A stretch of 64,000 nucleotides of DNA. Origin: Hypanus sabinus (taxonomy: Eukaryota). A program made the translations under genes and the position numbers. Positions 12,791 through 23,937 of the stretch are shown here, piece after piece. How positions within the stretch are numbered: position 1 is the stretch's first letter; the number at the start of each line of letters is the position of its first letter. Under the pieces are notes generated by a model, which was not told the DNA's origin, did no database searches, and saw only the letters and a program-made list of their open reading frames with translations. The stretch spans positions 43,338,001-43,402,000 of the forward strand of contig NC_082721.1 of the NCBI RefSeq assembly GCF_030144855.1, in the 5' to 3' direction.

Positions 12791-15449
12791 TCTTACCCTA
12801 TTTTACTGTTAGAAAATTTACCCTGTTATCAAAGAGAAATTAAGGCATAGACTTCGAGGTATGGTTAACTCTTTAATATGAGATCAATACTCCGCCAATG
12901 TCAGGTTACATCCTAAAATTATTCAGTAAATTTTTGGCAACCGCCAACAGCTTAAGATAATTTGTCACTGACTTCAGGAAGCTATTGTTAGGTGTCAGCC
13001 AGTTTACAAATGTTCCCGCATGATACATAAAATTGGGAGTGTACGACTACAATCAGTTCCTCTATTAGCCCGACAGTCTCGAACAAAGTTTGACAACACC
13101 TCACCACTGGCATGATCTATTTCCAGCTTTTGATAGCAAGCACAAGCAAGGAGGCATCTGTGTGTCATCCTGTTACCTTCATCATCCAAATTTTGAGTAA
13201 TACTTAGCTAGTCAGGCTGGACAACAGAATTTAATTTAGCTTTTAATTTTCTCTTAATTTTCTTCTGCAGCCATTCATGGAGAGTGATTCACAGTCATTA
13301 ATTAGGAAATTTCCATGGTTATTTGCTTTCCTGGAGCATAGGTAGAGACCTACAACCTCTCCCAGCAACTTCTTGAAAGCTTCATCTCTCCATGATTTAA
13401 TCAAAGGGCACACCATGACTGCTCAGAGTATTTCAGACATGTATTGTAACTCTACATGAAGAAGAGAAGACTCATGCAGAGAGACATTCGAGCAGAGAAC
13501 TTCGTGGACAAGATCAAGATCCAGAGAAAACACTAATAGAGAGAATGTTTGGTGGGACAATGGTGACTTGGGTTATTTGTCGTTGTTGTTGTGAGGTTTA
13601 TTTAAAAAAGGAAGCTTTTACAGGCCTATTGCTGCCTAACAAGGTTCAGAAATGTGTAATTATTCAAGTGATCCTAGTGTTTCAATTATTACAACTGCAG
13701 TTAATTTGACATCACAAGCTGAGCAGCAACACATCATTTCCAAAACTCCAAATAAACAGACAGAAACAAAATATCAAGATAATTCAGTGCACATTGAACC
13801 GTTTGAAATAATTGCTTCCAATTGAAAAGCAAAAAAGGAGACTGGAGCAGCTAGAATTAGTTGCTTGCCATAGAATGATTTTGCAGTGGTTTTCAAGGGG
13901 TAAAATGTGTGACTCATCAAAATGTACATCAGTGTCTGAGCTCATGAACTACTTTCTTTCACCAGAAAGGTGATTACAGATATGATCATCGTTTAAGGGG
14001 AGTGTAGAAGCATATGGCAACAATGATGAAATTGGCAAGTTCTGCATGAAATAAGAATATATTACTGATGCATTTGTCAATGGAATGGAAGAAGTTGGCA
14101 GCAAGCTGGAGTAGGTTTGGAATGAAGACTATTCCACATAGTGAAGAAAAAGACAGGCTTATCTAGGCACATCCGAGTACTTATGGTCTTGAGCTTCTTG
14201 AGTGATGTTGAAGCTGTTCTCATCCAGACAACAGGAGAGCACGACTGCCCTGAGCTTTGTAGGTGGTGGATAGGACTCACTATAGGATTCAAACCTCTCA
14301 TCTGCATTTGTCCTCATGTTGTGTATATGGTCAGACCGATGCTAGAGAATTGCATTTGCGTCCAGTTAATTGGAAGATATCAAAATACAGGAGATGACAT
14401 ATCCTGAATGCATTAAGTTCACAGGGTTACACTACAGAGTAACAGCCTCCTTGCACCAACTGGTTCATACCAAACAAGATCTTTATCTACATCTCCATTG
14501 GGTCCCATTTGTAAGTATTTGGCCAATAACATTCTGAACATTCTGCCCAATACTCTTTTAAAAGTTGTTACTGTGCATATTTTAGCCACTTCCTCTGGCT
14601 CCTCATTTTACATAGATGCCATTCTGTTTCTGTAAAGAAGTTATTTGCTTGACACCAGGTCTCAAACTCTTCCACCTTGATCCCTTCTCATCCATGTTGA
14701 TGCCAGCTCGGCTCAGATCACTGTAACCCTGCTGGATTTCGGCACCTTCACTGTTTTCAAGATTATGATCGGTTGTGAAATCTGTTACTCAGCATTTTGC
14801 TAGAGAATGAGGTGGAATACATCTGTTGACATAACTCTTCCCTCCCCACAAGCCTACCAACTGTCCAATTGTTACCCCACAATTGATCAGCCCACTGGTT
14901 TGGAGTGCAGATGCTTTTGGCAAAACAGTGCAGAGTAAAGCAGAACTCACAAATCCCAGGGCTGCACAGGTTCACCCTTATTTCCATATCGTTCCCAAAG
15001 AAGCAGTGGGCTATTCATTGGGAGGATAGGCTCAAAATGCTTAGATGGCATGTGAGTCTTGTCTATCCGTGCTGATATCTTACAGCTTCAGTTACCTGGA
15101 TTTGATGCTGAGCTTGTCAATGTGACATTTGTATGTTCTTGTTCAGGATCCGGCCTGAACACTGGGTCGAAGGACCTCTGCTGGTAGCTCTGGACCACCA
15201 CAGTCTTTAATTCCTGCTTTCTTTCATCTGGCCATGCAGATTTTGGCCCAGCCCCTTTCCTTTTTGGATTTTCTCCAATTACCTGCTTGTCTCCTCACTT
15301 GCATTCACCTGTTTCTATTTTCACTCAATACTCGGTCCACTTAAACCCTGCCTTGACTCGCATTTTTTGCCAGCTCGTCCCAGCTCTGACCTGTGTTATT
15401 CTAGCTTGTCGTTGCGACTGCTGCCAACCGATTTTGCCTGTGCGGGACA

Positions 15450-16026
15450 GCAGAGCCCCTTTTTGCCACACGTTTAAGGACTTTTGTGAGGAGATGATAA
15501 GAGTCTTTGACCGTTCCCAGCAGGGGCGAGTGGCAGCAAGGGAGATGTTGCGAGTTCGTCGGGGTAACCGTTCTGTTTCGGACTACGCCATTCAGTTCCG
15601 CACACTAGCCGCCACCACCAACTGGAATTCGGCGGCCCAATCTGATGTGTTCCTCTATGGGCTTAGCGAAGAGGTTAAGGATGAACTAGCCACCCGCGAC
15701 CCGCCTGCTGGCTTCCAAGAGCTGGTCGATTTGGCCATTAAGATTGACAGACGCTTTTATGCGTTTTATCAGCGTCAGTAGGAGAGTAATATCCGGGGGT
15801 CACGAAGAACCACCAAGGAGCGTCTGACATCTTCCACCCCGCACCCAGATCTCTTTCCCCGAATCCGCAGTCACCCCCATCCAGCCCAACGGAGCTCATG
15901 CAGATTGATCGTACTCGTCTGTCTCCTTCGGAAAGGAGGAGAGTCAGTACCAACTCCTGTCTGTATTGTGGTCAGGCTGGTCACTATGTATCTATCTGTC
16001 CCGTAAAAGCCAACGCTCGCTCGTAA
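15450..16026 (+). pseudogene. Gypsy gag remnant (retrotransposon gag domain and CCHC knuckle)
   Basis: VSDYAIQFRTLAA...LVDLAIKIDRR; CLYCGQAGHYVSIC at 15958-15999; stop at 16024-16026; one in-frame TAG near 15780. Confidence 0.85.
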
Positions 16027-16029
16027 AGA

Positions 16030-19000
16030 GGGGACTACGGGCGAGCAGTACTTCCTTCCCCCGGTTCCCCGTCACTCGAACCCTGCTACCTGCTTTTATA
16101 CTGGCTGAAGGGAGGAGACGCACCGTTTCAGTTTTTATCGTCTCCGGGGCTGAGGGAAACTTAATCAGTTCCAGTTTTCCGGCCAATCTCGGGATGCCAC
16201 TCTCCCGTCTGAAGCAGCCCCTGGAGGCTAGCGGCTTAACCGGAGTGAAAATTCCCATGGTTACCCACTCTACAGCGGTGAGTCTCCTCATTTCTGGTAA
16301 TCACCAGGAGAGCATTGCTTTTCATGTAATAGATTCCCCCAAAGCTGAAGTTGTGTTAGGCTACCCATGGCTAGCTCAGCACGGTCCACACATTCATTCG
16401 TCAAATAACGGTGTTAAGTTGAAGTCCTTTCTGCCTAAATCATTGCGTGTTGCTCATGCTACTAAGTCCGGTTCCTCTGCCTGCAGAAGGGTTTCCCGAT
16501 CTGTCCTCTGTACCCCCAGAATATCTGGACCTAAAGCTGGTATTCAGCAAGATTCGGGCCACCACCTTACCCCCGCATCCCCCCTCTGATTGCGCTATAG
16601 ATCTCCTTCCGGGAACCTCGCCAACTAGTGTTCCCTGTCTCCACCTGAAAGGGAAGCAATGGACGAGTACATCCAGGAGGCCTTGGCTGCAGGAAATATC
16701 CGTCCCTCTTCCTCCCCCGCAGGCGCAGGGTTTTTCTTTGTAGCCAAGAAGGAAGGGTCACTGCGTCCTTGCGTGGACTATAGAGGTCTCAATGAGGTCA
16801 CCGTTAAGAACCGCTATCCTCTTCCTCTTGTTTCATCTGCATTTGAATTGCTCCAGGGTGCTCCAACGAGTCCTGGAGAGTCAGGTATTTGTGAAGGCGA
16901 AGTGTGAATTTCACCGGAGTTCAACTTCGTTTCTGGGATATGTGATCAGCGCTGGAGGAATCCAGATGGACTCTCAGAAGATCGAGGCGGTAGAGGAGTG
17001 GTCACAACACGCCTCTCGACGAGATGTCCAACGCTTTCTTGGGTTTGCCAACTTCTGTCGCCGATTCATTCGAAATTTCAGCATCCTGGCCTAACATCCT
17101 CCAAGTCTGGCTGACTCCCCTAACCTCCTCCAAGTCGAAGTTTGCCTGGAATCCAACGGCTGAGAAAGCCTTTTCTGATCTAAAGACTCGTTTCACCAGG
17201 GCACCTATTCTCCTTCAGCCCGATCCTCCCAGGCAGTTTATTGTAGAGACTGACGCCTCTGATGTAGGAGTAGGGGCTATACTGTCACAGCGTTCAGCAG
17301 AGGACGACAAGCTACACCCTTTTTTCCACAAATTTTCGCCCGCAGAACGCAACTATAACATCGGCAATCGAGAGTTATTGGCTGTCAAACTTGCTCTTGA
17401 AGAATGGCGGCAATGGCCGTCTACTCCTTTTCTAGTCTGGACGGATCACAAGAACCTGCAATATATCCGTTCAGCCAAACGCCTCAACTCTCACCAGGCT
17501 CCGTGGTCCCTGTTTTTTTTTTTGCCCGTTTTAGATTCACCCTGGCCTACCGTCCTGGCTCTAAGAACGGCAAGCCTGACGCGATCTCCAGGCAGTTTCC
17601 AACAACCGACGAGGCGCCCGAGGTTACAACCATTCTCCCCAAGCAGTGTCTGGTCGCCGCAGCACAGTGGGAGATTGAATCTGTGGTCCAGTCGGCCCAG
17701 CAGGGTGAGTCTGTTCCTGGTGCCTGCCATGCTAATCTATGGTATGTCCCCCAGTCTGTCCGCTTCTAGGTTCTCCAGTGGGGACACGCCTCCAGATTGG
17801 CATATCACCCTAGCATCAGACGCACGACAGCCTTCATCGGTCGAAGATTTTGGTGGCCATCCCTGAGGAAGGATGTGGAGAGCTTCATTTCTGCCTGCAC
17901 AGTCTGTGCACAGAACAAGACCTCCAGCCAACTACCAGCTGGTCTCCTGCAACCCCTGCCTGTTCCTAGAAGGACCAGGTCACACATTGCATTGGACTTC
18001 GTCACCGGACTCTCTCCGTCCGACGGTAACACTACAGTTCTTACCATAGTGGATCGTTTTTCCAAATCGGTCCACTTAGTGCCCCTTTCCAAGCTGCCTT
18101 CTGCCAAGGAGACTGCCAACCTGTTGATTCAGCATATTTTCCGTATTCACGGTCTTCCCGATGAAGTGTTATCTGACAGAGGTTAGCAATTTACCTCCCA
18201 CTTTTGGAGGGCCTTTTGCAAACTACTGGGGATCAGGGTTAACCTCTCATCTGGGTTTCGTCCACAGAATAATGGCCAGACCGAGCGGGCTAATCAGCAG
18301 ATGGAGGTCATGCCCTGTTGTGTGACGTCTCGGAAATCTTCCTCCTGGAGTCAGCAACTTCCCTGGGTCGAGTACGCCATCAATTCTTTGCCTTCTGCTT
18401 CATCAGGGTTATCACCATTCCAGTGCTGTCTTGGCTATCAACCCCCTTTATTCGCACCTCAGGAGGAGGAAGTGGGTGTTCCCTCAGCCGAAGCGTTTGT
18501 CCAGAGGTGTTCACGGACCTGGAGACGAGCCCGAAAGGCGGGGCTTCAGTCTACAGTCAGAATGAAGCAGCAAGCAGACCGTCACCGCATCGACGCCCCC
18601 TTCCCCCCCCCCCCGTTATAACCATATAACCATATAACAATCACAGCACGGAAACAGGCCATCTCAGCCCTCCAAGTCCGTGCCGAACTCTTAATCTCAC
18701 CTCGTCCCACCTACCCGCACTCAGCCCATAACCCTCCACTCCTTTCCTGTTATCGCCAGGGTCAGAAAGTGTGCTTATCTTCGCGTGACATCCCGTTAAA
18801 GGTGGACTCCCACAAGCTGGCGCCACGCTACATTGGACCTTTCCCCATCCCTTCGCCGGTACGTCTAAAACTACCCCCTACCCTTCGCAGAATCCATCCT
18901 ACATTCCATGTTTCAAGGATTAAGCCCTTTGTCTGCAGCCCCCTCTGTCCCACCTCCAAGCTCCCCCACCCAACTCCCCGTCTCATCGATGACTCAGAGT

Positions 19001-19150
19001 CCTTCACTGTGCGTCGATTACTGGACGTTTTGACGCAGAGGTCGTGGACTGCAATACCTCGTTGATCGGGAGGGCTATGGCCCCGAAGAGAGGTGTTGGG
19101 TTCCCGTTCGAGATATCCTGTATCCCTCTCTCATTAGGGACTGTCATAGG
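16030..19150 (+). pseudogene. Gypsy pol remnant (PR-RT-RH-IN-chromodomain), frameshifted, RT core deleted
   Basis: [21 protein letters not shown]...LLQGA jumps near 16862 straight to the end of RT, so the YxDD motif is absent. HPSIRRT..CTVC zinc finger, IALDFVTGL core, LAPRYIGPF, and [18 protein letters not shown] chromodomain. Confidence 0.85.
18620..18748 (-). mobile_element. 129-bp CR1 3' end inserted in the Gypsy integrase
   Basis: AACCATAT repeat tail plus CR1 3' hairpin-type sequence, flanked by GTTAT at 18615-18619 and 18749-18753. Confidence 0.75.
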
Positions 19151-21009
19151 AGCCATCCCGTACCAGCAAGAAGGGCGTCTGGAGACGCCCGTGGGGGGGG
19201 GGGGTGGGGTGGGGGGTGGGAGGGGTGTACTGTTAAGGATCCGGCCTGAACACTGGGTCGAAGGGCCTCTGCTGGTAGCACTGGACCACGACAGTCTTTA
19301 ATTTCTGATTCTGTGTTTTTGGATTTTGCCTGTTCTTGGACCTGAATTTTGCCTGTGCTCTGGATCGTCTGCCCTCGCCGGACTGCATTTCCTGGGTAAG
19401 ACCTCTGCCTGCCATTTCGGAGTCGTTCCTGCCTCCTGTTTTTGAAAGACTGTTGCCTTTGTGCTCCCTAATAAATCCTGGTAAAAGAGCATTCATTGGT
19501 CTGCACTTGAGTGCCACTGTAACTCGACAGAACCCGACAGTTCTGTCTGTGACTACTTGAGCTTCCCACTGATGCTCTCTGTTCGTTCCACTATGCAGTT
19601 ATGGTTCTGTAACTTTTCCTTTAGTGCAATGAAGAAACAAAAGAATCAAAGGGTGTTTGAAAGCATGTGTGCGAGGAATGGAACTGGTATAAATGGGGTT
19701 GTTTTATGAACTTGTATAAACCCAATGGGCTGAATATCCTGATTATGTGTTTTGCGAAATAACAATCCCACAGTTTTCTTCATAACCTTTGATTACAAGG
19801 ATTCATTCTATTACCACTTGAATGAATTGTCTTTACTATCAGCACTGCAGCCTCAATTTGCAGGTTGAATAGTAGAGTCATCATAAAGCAGAGAATGGGA
19901 TGTTTAGTCAGAACGGTCAAATGTTTCAGAGCTTGGTTTCAGGGAATCTCATGGGAAACTGGGTGTAGTCAATCTAGGATAGTTTCAAAAAAAAGTCAAT
20001 TCTCCATTGTAGTGAATGCAAGGTGAAAGTAGTGCAGAGTGTATAAAATGTAAAGAATGTACTCTAGTTGGTGCCTTAAAAGTTGGCGTTCTGTAGCAGC
20101 ACCAACATACTGAATCAGATAGTTTCAAAATAGATTTGGCATCTCAAAGTTAGCACATGATTCATCAGGAATCAGCTGCAGTAAAATGTTATACTTCCAC
20201 CACAATTTGAATCTTGTTATACAACATATAGTCACTCCACCATTACAATCAAACAAAGCTGCTGGCCCTGATTCAATGCGAAATATAGATGAGTACATGA
20301 GGGGAATGCATGATGTCTAAGATTTGCCTGAAGTGACCACACCGTGTGTATTAATCAGTTGAGCTGTCTGTAGATAACTGGCATCCCTAAACCAATACAT
20401 CTGAACAAAGTGCTTCTGCCCCTTAAAGGCAAGAAAGAGAAAATTATTAGGGGACATACTTAGATTTGTTAAATCAATGAGGTTTTTGCCAGTTGTCCCT
20501 GTGAACACAGAAAGCATCACTATTCAAGGGTACAAAAGAAGCAATCCTGAAAGAATACAGCAGGTCAAACAGCACCTGTGAAGGGAAAAGGTCTATGTTG
20601 TTGTTTTGAACAAAGAGCAAATATCATAACCAAGAAGGACCAGGAAATACTACGAGTGTACAGCAGTAAAACAGAAGGTGGGTCAAAGGTTGGTAGATGA
20701 TAAGTGGAAATGCATAAAGGGATAGATGATGGACAGACAGAAGTAAGTGAGAAAGTGGGAAGGAGAATTGGACAAATTGAGAGGAAAACCAGTTTGGTGG
20801 TTATCTGACTGTTAATATAACTCGTGGCATTGAAGTTCAAAGTTCAATTGCGATGTCATCTGCAAGGCGTCTATATGTCCTCCCCATGGAACTCAAGCTT
20901 CATTGTTCAAGGTACATTTATTATCAAAGTATGTATGCTCTATAGAACTCTGAGTTTTGTCTTCCCCAGATAACCATGAAACAGCTAAGATCATGGAAGC
21001 TGTTCAATA

Positions 21010-21420
21010 TCACATCCCCTCTGCACAAAACATAAACAAATCATGCAAACGGCAACAAGAACATCAACACCTCCCCATGTGCCAAATAATTGAAACGTAA
21101 CAAGAATATCAACCAGGCCCCAAGTGCAAAACTACAGCAAGCAGGTCAATCCTCCCAACTACATATGCAAAAAAAAAAATTGTTCAACGGCAACAAGACT
21201 ATCAAAGCCCCCATGTACGAATAGAAACAAACAAATTGTGCAAACCGCAATAAGCGCATCATCCCAGGCACAAAATAGCAAATTCTGCAAACTGCACCTT
21301 GAACATGAAACCTCCCCACGTGCAAATATAGAAATCAGGCTAGTGAGACAAGAGCATCAACCAACCCCATGCGCAAATGCAAATTGTACAAACATGAACA
21401 TGAACACCAAACAGCTGCGC
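21010..21420 (+). repeat. Degenerate A/C-rich minisatellite
   Basis: Recurring motif of the form CCCCATGTGCAAA...AAACAAAT..GCAAAC.GCAACAAGA.CATCAA. A paralog at 33320-33440 plus 39373-39480 is split by the L1. Confidence 0.55.
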
Positions 21421-21789
21421 ACGTGGAAAAATACCCGAACAAAATCACGTTAAAAGGAACAAGAAAGAACTGGCGAAAACACAGAATATAAAACATAAAC
21501 CTGAAAGAGGCAAATTGAACTACAGTCCAATTCATAAATCGCCGACCCAGGTGTTCGCTACCATCCTCCGGCAGCATCGAAGAGAGAGTGCACTAGAACG
21601 CTCGGGCCTTCCCTCAGGAGCATCTTCAGAAGACACCGTCACATGCAGACACCTTCTCCTGCATCAGCGAGCGAGAAGCTGCTAGATTGCGCTGAACATT
21701 GGTTCGCCTTCAGCGTGCTCTAGTTTCCTCCCAGCCTAAAGGTCTACAGGTTTTAATCAATAATGTCCAAACTCTTGAACTCTGTACCT

Positions 21790-22800
21790 CTCTCCGCAAC
21801 CGGATTCTTGACTTCCTCACCGGACGACCACAGTCTGCGCGGATCAAAAATAACATCTCCTCCTCAGTGACAATCAACATAGGTGCACTTCGAGGATTAG
21901 GGCTTGGCCCGCTGATCTACTCTCTCTACAATCTTGACTGTTCGGTTAGGCACAGCTTAAACGCTATGTATAAATTTGCCGATTACATAACTACTGTTCG
22001 CAGAATTTCGGAGAGTGACGGTAAGGCGTACCCGAGAGAGATAGATCTGCTGGTTGAGTGGTGTTGCAGCAACAATCTTGCAATCAGTGTCAGTAAGAAC
22101 AATGAATTGATTACGGACTTCAGGAAGAGGAAGTCCAGCGAACATACACGAGTCGTCATTTCGGGATCAGAATTGTGAGCATCTCTGAGAACCTATATGG
22201 GCCCATCATATTATAAAGTAGGCACGACTGCAGCTATAGTTCATTGCAAGTTTGAGAAGAATTCGTATATCACCAAACACACTTGCAAATTTCTACAGCT
22301 TGACCTTTGAGAGCATTCTGACTGGTTCCATTACTATCTGGTTTGGAGGGGCCACTGCACAAGATCGGAAAAAGCTGCATAAAATTGTAAACTCAGCTAG
22401 CCTGATCCTTATCATGCATAAGATCAGCTTCAAAAGGTGATGCCTCAAGAAGTCGGAATCTATTATTAACGACCTCTATCACCCAGTCCATACCTTCCTA
22501 TCATTGCTACCATCAGGAGAAGGTCAGGTGCCTGAAGAAACACAATCAATTTTGAAAGCTTTTTCCACTTCACCGTCAGATTTTTGAATGTGCAATGAAC
22601 CCATGAACAGTTCCTCAGTATTTTTCATTCTTCTCTTTTTGCAGTACTTATTTAATTTATTTTTCTATATGCACCTCTTTGTAATTTATAGCTTTTATGA
22701 CAATGTATTGCAATGTACTGTTGTTACAAACACAAGAAATTTCACGACGTGTCCGGGTAATATTCAGCCTAACTCGGATTCTGGTAACAGGTTAGTTGGT
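21790..22800 (+). mobile_element. Rex1/Babar-like LINE 3' fragment
   Basis: ILDFLTGRPQS, KFADYITTV and WCCSNNLAISVSKNNELITDFRK motifs, followed by a 3' UTR. Confidence 0.75.
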
Positions 22801-23149
22801 TATTGCAAATTATTAGGTTACAGTAAAATCAAGTGTTGATGGGCTAACTAACTTTGCACACGGCACTGGCCTGCCAGGCACATGCAGTTGGAAAGCATGA
22901 GCAGCTTCTTCAGCAAATACTAGCATTATTGCGGCAGGACTCTGCTTTCGAGCATTCGTCAATGTGACCTGTTAGGTGTTCCCAGAACTACCGTGCAGAG
23001 TCAATTAATCTGCTATTCCCGAACAGCACGCGGAGTCTTGTCGGTGATTCTTATGTCAATGCGCCCAAATCTTTGAATTACAACCCGCAAAGTTCTCCTC
23101 GGAGAGGAGTAAGGTGGCCCATATAAATTCTCTCCTGTTGGGCTGGGCC

Positions 23150-23900
23150 CTTTTATGGACAGCCACTTCATGCGACATTTACGCTCCCGGGTATTCTGAT
23201 AAAAACCTATTTCCCAGAACGATGAGGAGGGTATTCTTTCATCCTTCCTGGGGCGCAGAGTCAGCAAGCAGACTCCTCCAGATGGATCAGGGAGTGCGAT
23301 CTATGGCGACTACTGTATTCCATTGCTTTCCGTACCCTAGTGGCAGACAACCGGTAGGACAATGAGAATTTCGTGCATCAGTTTCGGCAGGGATTAAGCG
23401 GTCACTTAATGACGTTCTGGCAACCAGAGACCAGGTGGATGATTTGCAGGAATTTATGGACATCGCCATTAGAATTGACAACCATAATTCCGATGTCACC
23501 CGGTAGACCCGTTCTCAGACTTATCCAATGCCTACCTCGGTTCATCAATCAGATATCCAACGCAGATCCTCGCAGTATTTTCCGGAAAAACAGATGCAAT
23601 TTGGAAGAACCCGGGTTTCCTCAGCAGAGCGAGAGGGATGTATGACATAGAGATTTTACTTATAGTATGGTAAGGCCGTCCACGTCTGAGTTTCCTGCCC
23701 AGAGTTGTCTGGTAAACGTCCAGGGCCGCCGGTGAATGTGACGATCTCAAGTCTCTCTTCCGTTTCGTCGAGACCCAGAATGGTTTTACCCTTCCTATAA
23801 TTTTGGGGGAGACATCAGCATTCTGTGAGAACCTTGATAACCTCTGCTACGGCGGGAATTTTTCCGGACATACAACTGTCAGAGATAAATCCAAATTCCT
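23150..23900 (+). mobile_element. Degenerate sushi-like Gypsy gag/protease fragment
   Basis: RRVFFHPSWGAESASRLLQMDQG and LATRDQVDDLQEFMDIAIRIDN motifs, a decayed CCHC region and a GGTAAAC remnant resembling a slippery site. Confidence 0.65.
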
Positions 23901-23937
23901 AAGGTACGGTACTACCAGCCGATCTCTGCTACGGCTG

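Larger units (their letters stand above)
15140..19539 (+). mobile_element. Ty3/Gypsy chromovirus (sushi-like) LTR retrotransposon, internally deleted
   Basis: TG...CA ends and a 5-bp TSD GTTCT (15135-15139 and 19540-19544). The LTR starts match at 15140 and 19231, and a G-rich PPT lies at 19193-19225. Gag, protease, RT remnant, RNase H ([15 protein letters not shown]), integrase and chromodomain are all recognisable. Confidence 0.95.
13350..21800 (+). repeat. Copy 2 of the triplicated unit
   Basis: 13350-14770 matches 27750-30210, 14770-15139 plus 19545-19790 matches 1600-2105 and 30215-30790, 20180-21000 matches 32240-33300, and 21480-21790 matches 9730-10030 and 39500-39810. Confidence 0.8.
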
